Below, piece by piece: positions 38,742-48,092 of a stretch of DNA of 64,000 bases. A program made the position numbers and the translations under genes. The notes below the pieces were generated by a model that saw only the letters and a list, made by a program, of their open reading frames with translations, had not been told where the DNA came from and did no database searches. The DNA is from Thermoproteota archaeon (GTDB taxonomy: Archaea > Korarchaeota > Korarchaeia > Korarchaeales > Korarchaeaceae), in contig JAOZFN010000007.1 of the NCBI GenBank assembly GCA_027492205.1, forward strand, positions 1-64,000, given 5' to 3'. Numbering within the stretch: position 1 is the first letter of the stretch; every line of letters starts with the position of its first letter.

Positions 38742-40163
38742 GTGTTGAACGAGGAGGGTAGGGGCCTGCGGCTCTCAGTTCAGGAGGCCCTCGCTGCCAT
38801 CTGGATAGCCCTGGGGGCCATCGTCGTCGCCGCCACATCTCGCCAGTGGAGCTTCCGCCCCCTCACCCAGGCGGAGTTCCTCCTGAGGTTCATCGGCCTC
38901 CTAGGGGCAATGGCCTTCACTTCGCTCCTCTACACGGCCTGGAAGTCGAAGGTCGAGGCGCTACTGTCGGGGCACTGGAGGGGGGTCCTGGCGGGCCTGA
39001 GCGTGATGGTGATGTTCGGCTGGCTCGACGTGATAGAGACGGTCTTCGAGGTCCCGCCCATCTTGCACTTCTACAAGCTCGGGTGCACGGTGCTGGCAAC
39101 GTTCGTGGCTGGCTGGAGCCTCACGAGCTACCTGACCGACCTAACGAGTGGGCTCACAGCCAAGAGGGCGATCCCGCGGGTGGACCCCCTGCTGGTGCTC
39201 GTCGGCTGGCTCGCACTCTTGACCGCAGTGGTTATCGCCCAGAGGCCGTGGGAGTGGCCGACGATGCCCGAACCCAAGCTGGGGGAGGTCCCGTTCGACA
39301 TAATCAACCTGGCGTTTGACGCCGTCCTGGGCACGAGGCTCCTGCTGGAGTCGAGGAGGTCCGGCTATCCGGCCAGGTGGCTCCTGAGGTGCGGCTCCGC
39401 CGCCCTGTACCTGGGGGCCGCCGCCAGCGTCTTCACCACGCTGGACGACACGCTGATCATCCCCCGCATCGTGAGAATCGTCGGGGTGAGCGGGAGCGCC
39501 GCCGTGGCCCTGGGATTTGCGCTGGCCCTGGTCGCCTACTACCTGTACGGCACGACGGCCCTCAGGCCCACGCTCCCCGGAGTTGCCGGGCACTTAGGCC
39601 TGCCGGAGGTGGGGCCAATCAGGTCCAGGCGACCGGACGAGTGGAGCCGCCTGGGGACGTTCTCCGGGAGGGTCATCCTGTTCGAGGTCTCCACGATGAG
39701 GGGCTACGCCGATGCGCTCGAGGACCTGGCCTCCCACCTGAAGTCTAAGGGATACAGGATCGTGCTGATAGGGAGGAGGTCGTCCCCCGCGGCCCCCAAG
39801 ATTGCCAAGCACGCCTCTCTCACCCTCTACGTCTCCGCCGGCAGGATGGGACCGCCCAAGCAGGTCGGGGTGGGGGAATTCGAGATAGGGGCGGATCCGG
39901 CCGTAATCCTGGGGATGATATCCAGGGCCAGGGAGGAGGGCGACAGGCTGGCAGCGATCGTCGAGGACACCACCGGTCTGCTGGTTCTCCTGGGCGGAGA
40001 AAGCACATACCGGCTCCTCAGGGCGATGATCGACCAGCTGGCCGCTCACGATTCCGTGGTGGTGATGGTCCTGCCGCCGGAGGCCCACGACCCGAAGCTT
40101 GTCAACCTGCTGAGGAGCCTCGCCACGAACATAATCGACCTGACCGAGGGGGTGGAGGCGTGA
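38742..40163 (+). CDS. ~8-TM membrane protein with C-terminal inactive KaiC/DUF835-like domain, copy 1
   Basis: Eight hydrophobic segments then RecA-like alpha/beta domain (AAIVED, AHDPKLVNLLRSLA) lacking Walker A. Confidence 0.7.
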   Translation: MLNEEGRGLRLSVQEALAAIWIALGAIVVAATSRQWSFRPLTQAEFLLRFIGLLGAMAFTSLLYTAWKSKVEALLSGHWRGVLAGLSVMVMFGWLDVIETVFEVPPILHFYKLGCTVLATFVAGWSLTSYLTDLTSGLTAKRAIPRVDPLLVLVGWLALLTAVVIAQRPWEWPTMPEPKLGEVPFDIINLAFDAVLGTRLLLESRRSGYPARWLLRCGSAALYLGAAASVFTTLDDTLIIPRIVRIVGVSGSAAVALGFALALVAYYLYGTTALRPTLPGVAGHLGLPEVGPIRSRRPDEWSRLGTFSGRVILFEVSTMRGYADALEDLASHLKSKGYRIVLIGRRSSPAAPKIAKHASLTLYVSAGRMGPPKQVGVGEFEIGADPAVILGMISRAREEGDRLAAIVEDTTGLLVLLGGESTYRLLRAMIDQLAAHDSVVVMVLPPEAHDPKLVNLLRSLATNIIDLTEGVEA

Positions 40164-40439
40164 TCGCCCCGGGGGCGAAGGCCTCTATCCAGTCCGGCTC
40201 GCCTGGCCATTCGATCGTTGGGTAGGCCCTAAGCGTGACCTCAGCGTAGTTTTAGGGACTTTCCTCACGCTGACTCTATCGGCGGCCTTCCTGGCGATGA
40301 TGGTCGTCTGAGAAGTCTTCAACCCGGCTGAGAGCCTCAGGGTTGCCGAGATGCTTGCTGGAGACCTCGCTCCGGGGCTCGTTGCCCTTAGGTCGGCGTG
40401 CCTGTCGCATCTAATCGCCCGGAGAATGGCCCAAGCGAG

Positions 40440-40480
40440 AAGATAAGAAAGAAGAGAGCCCGAAAACGGGCAGAAAAGCG
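40440..40480 (-). terminator. tRNA terminator
   Basis: CTTTTCT GCCCG-TTTT-CGGGC hairpin plus T-rich run after CCA. Confidence 0.55.
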
Positions 40481-40619
40481 TGGTGGGGCCGGTGGGATTT
40501 GAACCCACGTCCTACGGGTCTCCCCCTCAGTGCTCCACCGACTGGAGCCCGCCGCCCTGACCTGTCCAGGGCGACCTCGGCCTTATCATCGGGAGGCCAC
40601 CTGGCTGGGCCACGGCCCC
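40481..40619 (-). tRNA. tRNA-Trp(CCA) with two introns (40564-40602 in the D-loop; 40520-40541 at 37/38), encoded CCA
   Basis: GGGGCCG/CGGCCCC acceptor, GCCC/GGGC D stem, GCGGG-CTCCAG|A-CCCGT anticodon arm, GTGGG-TTCAAAT-CCCAC T arm; 78 nt after removing both introns. Confidence 0.9.
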
Positions 40620-40644
40620 ACCGCACGCCCTCTGGGGCCAGACA

Positions 40645-40660
40645 GTATATAACGGTTGCG
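40645..40660 (-). promoter_or_regulatory. tRNA-Trp promoter
   Basis: CGCAACCGTTATATA ~27 nt upstream of G1. Confidence 0.65.
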
Positions 40661-40776
40661 AGGACCTCCCAGATCTAGCCGGAGGTCGAGGGTCCTCTCC
40701 GCCGGACGCTCCGCGGGTGGGCTCTCCCGCCCCACTCCAGGCGGGCCGGTCGAGCTGAGCTTGCGTCGGCGGTCGC

Positions 40777-42234
40777 TCACGCGACGCGGACCTTCTCCGC
40801 CCTTGCCCTCGCGACCAGGAGGCAACCCGGGTCGGGCGCCTGTGGGTCTCCCAGGTAGCCGTACGCCCTCGCCCTGCACCCCCCGCAGACGTACCTGAAC
40901 GGGCAGGTCCCGCAGGGCTCCCTCAGGGAGTCCTTGTCCCTGAGCCTCCACAGGAACTCGTCGGTGCGCCACCACTCCTCGAATCCGTCGCCCAGCTCGA
41001 GCACGTTGGCCAGGGTCTTTGGGAAGAACACGCACGGCCTCACGTCCCCGTTGGGCGAGAGCCCGATGTAGAACCTGCCGGCCCCGCAGCCGCCTATGAA
41101 GTCGGCCAGGCTCCTGAGCCTCCCGCCCAGCTCGGCGTCGTAGAAGTGGGTCGGCAGCACCAGCTTGCCACGCCCGCCCTCTCTCGCCTCCGCCTGCAGG
41201 GACACCCTGGCGAACTGGGGGGCCGTTGTCAGCACCTTCGGGCTTCCTCCTTCCCTCAGCTTATCCCAGAGCCACCTGAGCAGCTCCTCCCTCTCCTCTG
41301 GCGAGAGGTCGAACCGGTCGATGAACACGCCCCTGCCGGTGGGCACAAAGTTGTACACCATGAACCACTGGGCCCCGAGCTCCCGCACGAGATCCACGAT
41401 CCGGGGAATCTCTCGGTAGTTAAGCTTCGTCGCCGTGGTCGCCACGTTGACGAAGAAGCCCCTCTTGACCGCGACCTTTATCCCCCTCACGGTCTTCTCC
41501 CAGGCGCCGGGGACGCCCCTGAACCCGTCGTGGGTCTCCGGCGAGGCCCCATCGAGGCTTATCTGGAGAAACCTCACACCTGAGTCCCAGAGCCTGTCAG
41601 CCGTCTCCTCGTCTATGAGCGTGCCGTTCGTCGCCATGGCCACGTAGAATCCCTTCTGATGGGCGTACCTGCTCAGCTCGTATATGTCGGGCCTCACCAG
41701 GGGCTCTCCCCCGGACCAGGCTATCGCCACGACCCCGGCCCTGTGCAGGATGTCGATGACCCTCTTCGCCTCCTGAGTGGTCAGCTCGTCCTCCAGAGGA
41801 ACGCCCGCGTTGGCGTAGCAGTGCCTGCACCGGAGGTTGCAGGCGTACGTGACGTCCCAGACCACCAGGAAGGGGGCCCCGGGCACGAAGGGCCTGCGCA
41901 CGCCGAAGGCCTCCAGCCCCCTCATGACGCTGACGAGCGCCCTCCTCCAGTGCTCTTCGCCCATCCTGCTCTTCAGCTCCGAGAAGTCGGCCCCGAACGC
42001 CTTGGCGCCCATTCTGAGCACGAGCTCGGTCAGCCTGGCGGCCGTCCGGCAGGACATCGGCAGGCGCTCCCGGCCTCTGACCCCCGCGATGAACTCCAGG
42101 GCCACCTCAAGTCTGCTCTTTCCCGTCCCACGGCACTCCCTCAGGAGCCTCCTAAGCAGCATCCTCGATGCCGGGCTCTCGATTATTCTCTTGAAGGACC
42201 CTACGGATCCGGCCAGGTCACTCAAGCCGCTCAC
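40777..42234 (-). CDS. Radical SAM/SPASM protein with N-terminal extension
   Basis: CNLRCRHC, WSGGEP, GCGAGR...PC, CGTCPFRYVCGGCRARA. Confidence 0.9.
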   Translation of the reverse strand: MSGLSDLAGSVGSFKRIIESPASRMLLRRLLRECRGTGKSRLEVALEFIAGVRGRERLPMSCRTAARLTELVLRMGAKAFGADFSELKSRMGEEHWRRALVSVMRGLEAFGVRRPFVPGAPFLVVWDVTYACNLRCRHCYANAGVPLEDELTTQEAKRVIDILHRAGVVAIAWSGGEPLVRPDIYELSRYAHQKGFYVAMATNGTLIDEETADRLWDSGVRFLQISLDGASPETHDGFRGVPGAWEKTVRGIKVAVKRGFFVNVATTATKLNYREIPRIVDLVRELGAQWFMVYNFVPTGRGVFIDRFDLSPEEREELLRWLWDKLREGGSPKVLTTAPQFARVSLQAEAREGGRGKLVLPTHFYDAELGGRLRSLADFIGGCGAGRFYIGLSPNGDVRPCVFFPKTLANVLELGDGFEEWWRTDEFLWRLRDKDSLREPCGTCPFRYVCGGCRARAYGYLGDPQAPDPGCLLVARARAEKVRVA

Positions 42235-42547
42235 CTCCCTCGAGCAGGCGCTCCAGCTCCCGGATCCTCTCCCTCAGGTGATCCGCGGCCGCCTGGATCA
42301 TCTCCGAGGGGGGCGGCAGGAAGTAGGCGTAGGACAGCCTCCCTCCCCTCTCCACCGGTCTCCGCCTGATCAGCCTCCTGGACAGGAGGCTGTGGAGCCA
42401 GTCGTGGGCGGCCCTCCGCGAGATGCTGAGCGCCCTGGCCACCTCGGATATGGTGAGCTCGCCCTCCTTTGCCAGGAGGTGGAGGATCTCCGCGGCCCTG
42501 GGCCTCAGTCCGAGGGTGCGAACTACCGTGTCGATTATTCCTTCCAT
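42218..42547 (-). CDS. TrmB-like winged HTH regulator
   Basis: LGLRPRAAEIL, LTISEVARALSISRR, GRLSYAY; overlaps the rSAM gene start. Confidence 0.8.
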   Translation of the reverse strand: MEGIIDTVVRTLGLRPRAAEILHLLAKEGELTISEVARALSISRRAAHDWLHSLLSRRLIRRRPVERGGRLSYAYFLPPPSEMIQAAADHLRERIRELERLLEGGERLE

Positions 42548-42807
42548 CGTGTGAAGAAAAATTCTTCATGTTATATAAAAGAATGACCTTCGCAGTGGGA
42601 ACTCCCCCCCATGATGGCGGACCTGGCCTCACACACCAGTCCTCCCCCGCGATCTCGGGCCGCCCGATCGCCAAGAAGGGGTCTACGCAGTTCCTGCGCT
42701 CTAAGAAGCCTCCTCTGGCCGCTTCCCGGAAAGACGTGGCGGTAGACGCCGGAGGCGAGTTCTGGAGGCCCCTCGATCCTCAAGACGGCCCGCCTGACCG
42801 CCGAGGA

Positions 42808-43056
42808 TCACCCCTCCTCCCAGACCTCCTCTAGGTACTTCAGCGGGGCTCCGGCCCCCTTCCTCCTCCTCCAGGCCCTGACGGCGGCCGCCAGGGCGGC
42901 GGCGGTCAGGGTAGCGTAGATGATCGCCGAGGCCCTCGACCCCCGAAGAGCGCTGACGGCGGCCCCGACGGATCCGAGGACGCAGGCCAGCGTTGCCAGG
43001 GTGAGCGCCAGCCCGTACCGCCTGTAGCTCTCCCTCAGCCTCTCCAGGGCCCCCAG
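42808..43056 (-). CDS. Small two-TM membrane protein (CTG start; not in ORF track)
   Basis: LGALERLRESYRRYGLALTLATLACVLG...AIIYATLTAAALAAAVRAWRRRK...EEG*; 4 nt after the udp stop. Confidence 0.6.
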   Translation of the reverse strand: MGALERLRESYRRYGLALTLATLACVLGSVGAAVSALRGSRASAIIYATLTAAALAAAVRAWRRRKGAGAPLKYLEEVWEEG

Positions 43057-43060
43057 GACC

Positions 43061-43825
43061 CTACCCTCCCCTCTCCCTCTCGAGGATGACGGCGGCCTCC
43101 AGTGCTGTCTTGATTGCCCTGTCTATGGCCTCGGCCCGCCTGGGGTCGTCCTGATCGACCAGACCACCCTCGCCCGTGCTGAGATTCGCAACGACGCCGT
43201 TGACTGTGCCCGCCTCCAGCCCGCGCAGGTGACTCACGACGAATATGGCGGAACTCTCCATGTCTAGGCTGATCACCCCTAGCTCTCTGAGCCCCTCTAG
43301 GTACTCGGGCGTCTCGGCGTAGAATGCGTCGTCCGAGCTGATAATGCCAATGTGGTGTTTGTATCCAAGCGACTCCGCCGCCCTCCTGAGGGCCAGGAGC
43401 ACCCTGAGGCTGGGAACAGCCGGGAATCCCTCGGGCACGTAGAAGTACGACGTCCCCTCGTTCCTCACGGCCCCGTTGGGTATGATCAGGTCGGCTATTC
43501 TCACGTGAGGCTGGAGCGCCGCGGAGGTGCCTACGCGGATGAACACCTCGGCCCCCACGTTCGCGAGTTCCTCCACGGCTATCGAGGCGGAGGGGCACCC
43601 TATCCCCGTGGAGGTGGCGGAGATCCTGACCCCCCTGTAGGTCCCCGTGACGGTCAGGAACTCCCTGTTGTGGGCCACTTCCTCGGCCTCGTCCATGTGC
43701 TCGGCTATCCTCCTGACCCTGCCCGGATCCCCGGGTAGGAGGACGTACCGGGCCACGTCGCCCGGCCTAACCTTGAGATGGTACTGCAGCCTCCCCTTGG
43801 AGACCTCCCTCTTGTCAACGGCCAA
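43061..43825 (-). CDS. udp: Uridine/nucleoside phosphorylase
   Basis: QYHLKV, LLPGDPGRV, NREF, TGIGCPS, IRVGT, DMESSA; TTG start at 43825. Confidence 0.9.
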   Translation of the reverse strand: MAVDKREVSKGRLQYHLKVRPGDVARYVLLPGDPGRVRRIAEHMDEAEEVAHNREFLTVTGTYRGVRISATSTGIGCPSASIAVEELANVGAEVFIRVGTSAALQPHVRIADLIIPNGAVRNEGTSYFYVPEGFPAVPSLRVLLALRRAAESLGYKHHIGIISSDDAFYAETPEYLEGLRELGVISLDMESSAIFVVSHLRGLEAGTVNGVVANLSTGEGGLVDQDDPRRAEAIDRAIKTALEAAVILERERGG

Positions 43826-43884
43826 CCCAGGATCACCGAGGGCGGGAACCACCGGCAAGTTATAACGGCGGGAGTGGTTTCCCT

Positions 43885-44268
43885 TCAGAGAGTCTCCCAC
43901 CTCGCCATCTCCGTGGCGGGGTACATGAACGCCCTGACGACCCCGTAGGCCTCGAGCGCGTCCTTCGCCCGGGACCTCAGGGTCGTCGGACTCGCCCTCA
44001 CCGACCCCGGAATCAGGTGGGCGACGTCGCCCATCTCGGGACCCGTGAACTCTGCCTCTACATCCAGCGGTCCGGTTGGGGGCCTGACCATCACGCGCCC
44101 CTCCGCGATCCTCCTCACCGCCCGGAACGCGTCCTCCATCTCTCTCAGAACTACACGCCGGGGCGGCCTGCCCAGTATCAGGACGTTGTATCCGAGAGGC
44201 AGGCCGCCGAGGGTGTAATCGATGGGTTCGATCCCGGTCCTCAGTCTGTCGGTTGGGATGGCCGTCAA
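43885..44268 (-). pseudogene. Deletion chimera: KaiC-like ATPase N-terminus fused to M55 (DppA) aminopeptidase C-terminus
   Basis: RLRTGIEPIDYTLGGLPLGYNVLILGRP breaks at the Walker A position, then VEAEF..GDVAHLIPG..TLR...DALEAY. Confidence 0.6.
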
Positions 44269-44711
44269 TCTGGACCACCCGCCGGGAGCCTCTCCAGGCG
44301 GCGTGAACGGGCGAGGTAAAAAATCAACTGCGAACTGCAGCCAATTCAATGCCCTCCACATCATGAGACGAGTTTCTTTACATCTGCACGGTTACCCTAC
44401 CCAAAGGGATAAGCGCAACTCAAAGGAGGGAGCACCGTCCGTCCCCCCAGGGGGCTGGCGAGGCCCCCTCCCAACCGGCTGGGGAGATTCGGCCAAGTGG
44501 GGCGCCTCTGGGGTACAACCACCCTCAAATAAGGGTCAATCGCGTTGGCCATCGGGCGGAGAGCGGGGTCGAGTTCGTTGAGTGGACGGGGGTCGGCAAG
44601 CCGACCGTCGGCCACGGCACGGGGCCCCGCGAGTCGGCTTCGTCATCCCCAGCCTACCAGCGCACCCACCCACCTATATTATATTCCAGTCGCGGGGCCG
44701 CCTGACCCGCC

Positions 44712-44951
44712 ATGCCGGTGGAGGCCTACACGGCGGTGAAAGTCAAGCCCCCGAAAGCTCCCAAGTTCAAGGAGGTCTTCCCCACCCTCAACAACGTGGT
44801 CGAGGTCCTCTACGTCACCGGACCATTCGACTTCCTCCTGAGGATAGTCGCCGACAACACCTTCGAACTCTCGAAGGTGCTTGAGGACATCAGGTCCGAC
44901 GAGGATGTAGTGGAGACCGTGACATTCATAGTCCTGGAGAGGCTGAAGTGA
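44712..44951 (+). CDS. Stand-alone Lrp/AsnC ligand-binding domain
   Basis: VTGPFDFLL...IRSDEDVVETVTFIV. Confidence 0.85.
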   Translation: MPVEAYTAVKVKPPKAPKFKEVFPTLNNVVEVLYVTGPFDFLLRIVADNTFELSKVLEDIRSDEDVVETVTFIVLERLK

Positions 44952-45460
44952 AGGAAATCAGGCTGTTCGTAGTCAGGCTCGAGCACGACGACCCGAGGAA
45001 GGCCACAGGGATCAGGCTGATTAGGCGGGGCCTTGCCGTGAGGACTCACAGACCCCCTCGGGGGGCCGTAATCTTGGACCCAACCTCTCACGTTTACCTG
45101 AGCCCTGCAGACCGCGAATCGGCGGAATCCAGGGGTCTCGTGGCGGTCGACGCCTCCTGGCGCAGGATCGACGAGGTTAGGTGGCCCCGAGGGAGGAGGA
45201 GGGTGCTCCCGCTACTCGTTGCGGCCAATCCGATAAACTACGGCAGGCCCTTCAGGCTCTCAACCGCAGAGGCCCTCGCCGCGGCTCTGTTCATCTTGGG
45301 CCGCAGAGATCAGGCCGAGAGGGTGCTCGCAGAGTTCAAGTGGGGCCCCGAGTTCATCAGGATCAACGAAGACTGGCTCGAGGCGTACTCGGAGGCTGAA
45401 GGTCCAGAGGAGGTCGGAAAACTCAGCGAGAGGTTTTACGGTGAGCTGGCGGGGGGGTGA
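44948..45460 (+). CDS. tsr3: rRNA aminocarboxypropyltransferase Tsr3
   Basis: DDPRKAT, LSPAD, DASW, LPLLVAANPINYG, LSTAEA, FKWG. Confidence 0.92.
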   Translation: MKEIRLFVVRLEHDDPRKATGIRLIRRGLAVRTHRPPRGAVILDPTSHVYLSPADRESAESRGLVAVDASWRRIDEVRWPRGRRRVLPLLVAANPINYGRPFRLSTAEALAAALFILGRRDQAERVLAEFKWGPEFIRINEDWLEAYSEAEGPEEVGKLSERFYGELAGG

Positions 45461-45463
45461 TCC

Positions 45464-45895
45464 TTGGGCGCCTACGAGCCAGATTGGATTCGCCGCCTGC
45501 GGTCTTCCCTCGGTGACAGCGCCACAGTCACGGTCGTGGGCCGGAGGGTGCTCATTCAGGTGAGGTACGACCCGGCACTCGACCTCAGGCTTAGGCTGAG
45601 GCGGGCCCTTTCCCGCCTGAACTCCCCTCCACGCGGCCGGCCCACGGGCCTGGACAGGAGGACCTCTAGAGACCTGGAGAACCAGCTCAGGGGGTTGATA
45701 AAGCGGGCCAGGGACGTCGCTGTAGCTTGGAACGTCTCCCTCCCGCTGCACCCGTCCGACGGGACGGTGGAGAGGACGCTCTCCCGGATACTGGAGGACA
45801 TAGAGAGGGCGACTAGAGAGGCTGAGTACCTCCAATCGGTCGCTAGAAAGGTTCTCGCATACGTGAACGAATTTCTCAGAGTCTCTGGCAGGTGA
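45464..45895 (+). CDS. Hypothetical protein
   Basis: 143 aa directly after tsr3. Confidence 0.55.
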   Translation: MGAYEPDWIRRLRSSLGDSATVTVVGRRVLIQVRYDPALDLRLRLRRALSRLNSPPRGRPTGLDRRTSRDLENQLRGLIKRARDVAVAWNVSLPLHPSDGTVERTLSRILEDIERATREAEYLQSVARKVLAYVNEFLRVSGR

Positions 45896-45951
45896 GCAGC
45901 GGGTCGAGTTGGGGTTATATCGGTCGCCCGCCGCGGGGGATCGGTAGGTGC

Positions 45952-46221
45952 ATGGGACAATACAGGGGGGATAATCCCGTTCTGAACGGTCTGCTCGGCT
46001 ATCTCTCAAAGCTGGGGAGCATAGAGAGTGTGGCCGAGTCAGACGCCTACCTCCCCGACGGAACGAGGACGATATCTTACGAGGTGCTCGTAAGGTCTAA
46101 CGGCCCGATAGACCTGGTGGAGCTTGAGAGCTCGATAAGCGAGATGGGGTTCGTCGCCACCACGTCCCAGAAGCCGCGCTCCAGGGTGATCAGAATATGC
46201 CTTTGGCAGGTGGAGCCCTGA
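45952..46221 (+). CDS. Hypothetical protein
   Basis: ATG after AGGTG RBS. Confidence 0.55.
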   Translation: MGQYRGDNPVLNGLLGYLSKLGSIESVAESDAYLPDGTRTISYEVLVRSNGPIDLVELESSISEMGFVATTSQKPRSRVIRICLWQVEP

Positions 46222-46247
46222 TCCCCGGCGGGGGGGTTCGCTCTCGA

Positions 46248-46982
46248 ATGAGGGTAATATTCGACGGCCTCACGACCATCCTGCAGGACTCCGGCAACCT
46301 CCCAACCTGCTACCTGGCGGCACTTCGGAGCCTCGGCTTGGACTTACGTGAGGCTAAGCGGATGGCCAAGGATCTAACGCTCCTCGAGTCCCTCCGGCGA
46401 TCTTCCGGTCGCGTGAATCGCGTGGAGCTGCTCAGGGAGTACCTCTCGGAGAGGGGCGTTCGACCAACGCTGGGCGACATCCAGAGGGCGGTGAACGCCT
46501 TCAACGAGGTCTGGATCTCCACCGTCACGCCAGTTCCCGGATCTAAGAGCCTATTGGAGTATCTGAAGGGCATAGGCGCCTCCATCGGGGTTCTATTCAT
46601 AGGCGTCGAGTCGGGAGAGACGGCGCCGACCGAGGTGCTGAGATCCGCTGGCCTATCTGGGCTGGTGGACGTTTCCCTGTACTCGGGCCCGGAGGGTTGG
46701 TTGGAGTCGCTGAAGAGGCTCCTCTCCGAACTGCAGGGAGATCCACCCGACATCTTTGTCACCGGGGTGGCCGAGAGAGCCCTCGCGAGTTCACAGCTCG
46801 ACCTCAGGCCGATCTTCCTTGGGCACAGGGAGTCCGTTAGGAGAGTCTCACGCGCCTCCGGGTTCGGAGAGCTCCTCGGGATGCTGCGCGACCTGTCGCG
46901 AGGAACCGTACTGGGGGGAGGAGACCTCCCTAATCAGCCCGGCCAGCGGGATCGCGGCCGCGAGCGCGAGCGCGCACGATAG
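46248..46982 (+). CDS. Divergent HAD-superfamily-like protein
   Basis: MRVIFD start, PVPGSKSLLEYLK..GASIGV; catalytic DxD motif degenerate. Confidence 0.5.
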   Translation: MRVIFDGLTTILQDSGNLPTCYLAALRSLGLDLREAKRMAKDLTLLESLRRSSGRVNRVELLREYLSERGVRPTLGDIQRAVNAFNEVWISTVTPVPGSKSLLEYLKGIGASIGVLFIGVESGETAPTEVLRSAGLSGLVDVSLYSGPEGWLESLKRLLSELQGDPPDIFVTGVAERALASSQLDLRPIFLGHRESVRRVSRASGFGELLGMLRDLSRGTVLGGGDLPNQPGQRDRGRERERAR

Positions 46983-48092
46983 GCCAAAGGCTGCCCTGGC
47001 CCCCCACGCGTCGTAGACGAATCCGAAGGCGAGGTTACCCGGCATGGTTGCGATCCCCTTCGTGGCGTGGAACGCGCCGTACGCGGTTCCCCTGAGGTCC
47101 TCCGGCACCAGCGAGGGGAGCGCGGCCCTCTCGAGGGTGTCCACGAGTGCCATGTAGGTCCCGAATGCAACCACGGCCGCCGGGCCGGTCCACCTGCTCT
47201 CCGTGGAGGCCACGACGGCGGTGAGGGCCAGGCTCAGGTAACCCAGAAGCAGCGCCCTGAGGTTTCCGACCCTGTCTCCGAGCGCCCCGACGGGTATGGC
47301 CGCAGAGCTGTACACGAGGTTTGCTGCCACGTACAGGGCTATCGCGCTTTTCACGCTCCAACCGAGCTCCACCAGCCTCGTGAGGAGGAAGGCGTAGCTG
47401 AACTGTCCCGCACTGAAGATGGCCACCGAGGCCAAGTAGAGCTTGAACTGGGGTGTCAGCGCGCCCCTCGCGGGAGGGGCACCCGCCCTCCTCCCCGGCC
47501 TCACCTCGACCACGAGGGCGGCGAGCACGAGCACCCCCAGCAGGCCGGGGACGGCCGACGCGGCGAAGGTGCCCCTGTAGCCCACCCTGGGTATGAGCGC
47601 CATGGCGAGGAGCGGGCCCACCACGGCTCCGGCCGTGTCCATGGCCCTGTGGAGGCCGAACGCCCTCCCCCTGAACTCCTCACCGACGCTGTCGGCTATC
47701 AGGGCGTCCCTGGGCGAGGTCCTCACGCCCTTCCCCACCCTGTCTCCCACTCTGACGGCTAGGGCGTGCCACCAGCTGGTGGCGAGCGCAAGCATGGGCT
47801 TTAGAACGGCGGAAATCGCGTATCCAAGCACGGCCAACGGCTTCCTTCGTCCCATTACGTCGCTGAGCCTCCCGGATACTGCCTTCAGGAGGCTCGCCGT
47901 CAGCTCTGCCGAGCCCTCTATGGCCCCCAGGGCGGTCATCCCCCCTCCCAGCTCCTGAGTGAGGAAGAACGGGAGTCCGGCAAGCACCATCTCCGTGCTC
48001 ACGTCGGTCAGGAGGCTGGTGAGCCCCATGGCCAGGACGTTTCTCTTTCCGACGGTCTCGCTGTCGCCCACGTGGTCGCACGTGTGGGCCAA
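46848..48092 (-). CDS. MFS transporter
   Basis: TSLLTDVSTEM, GRLSDVMGRRK, DRVGKGVRTSPRDALIA. Confidence 0.9.
   Translation of the reverse strand: MAHTCDHVGDSETVGKRNVLAMGLTSLLTDVSTEMVLAGLPFFLTQELGGGMTALGAIEGSAELTASLLKAVSGRLSDVMGRRKPLAVLGYAISAVLKPMLALATSWWHALAVRVGDRVGKGVRTSPRDALIADSVGEEFRGRAFGLHRAMDTAGAVVGPLLAMALIPRVGYRGTFAASAVPGLLGVLVLAALVVEVRPGRRAGAPPARGALTPQFKLYLASVAIFSAGQFSYAFLLTRLVELGWSVKSAIALYVAANLVYSSAAIPVGALGDRVGNLRALLLGYLSLALTAVVASTESRWTGPAAVVAFGTYMALVDTLERAALPSLVPEDLRGTAYGAFHATKGIATMPGNLAFGFVYDAWGARAAFGLSCALALAAAIPLAGLIREVSSPQYGSSRQVAQHPEELSEPGGA

Noticed and set aside
40185-40508. 107-aa minus-strand ORF and a broken plus-strand hydrophobic frame
   Set aside because: The ORF starts inside the tRNA; the plus frame has an internal TGA and no recognisable family
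44370-44700. GC-rich non-coding gap as possible RNase P, SRP or other ncRNA
   Set aside because: No RNase P (GAGGAAAGUCC) or SRP helix-8 signature found; hairpins are expected at this GC content
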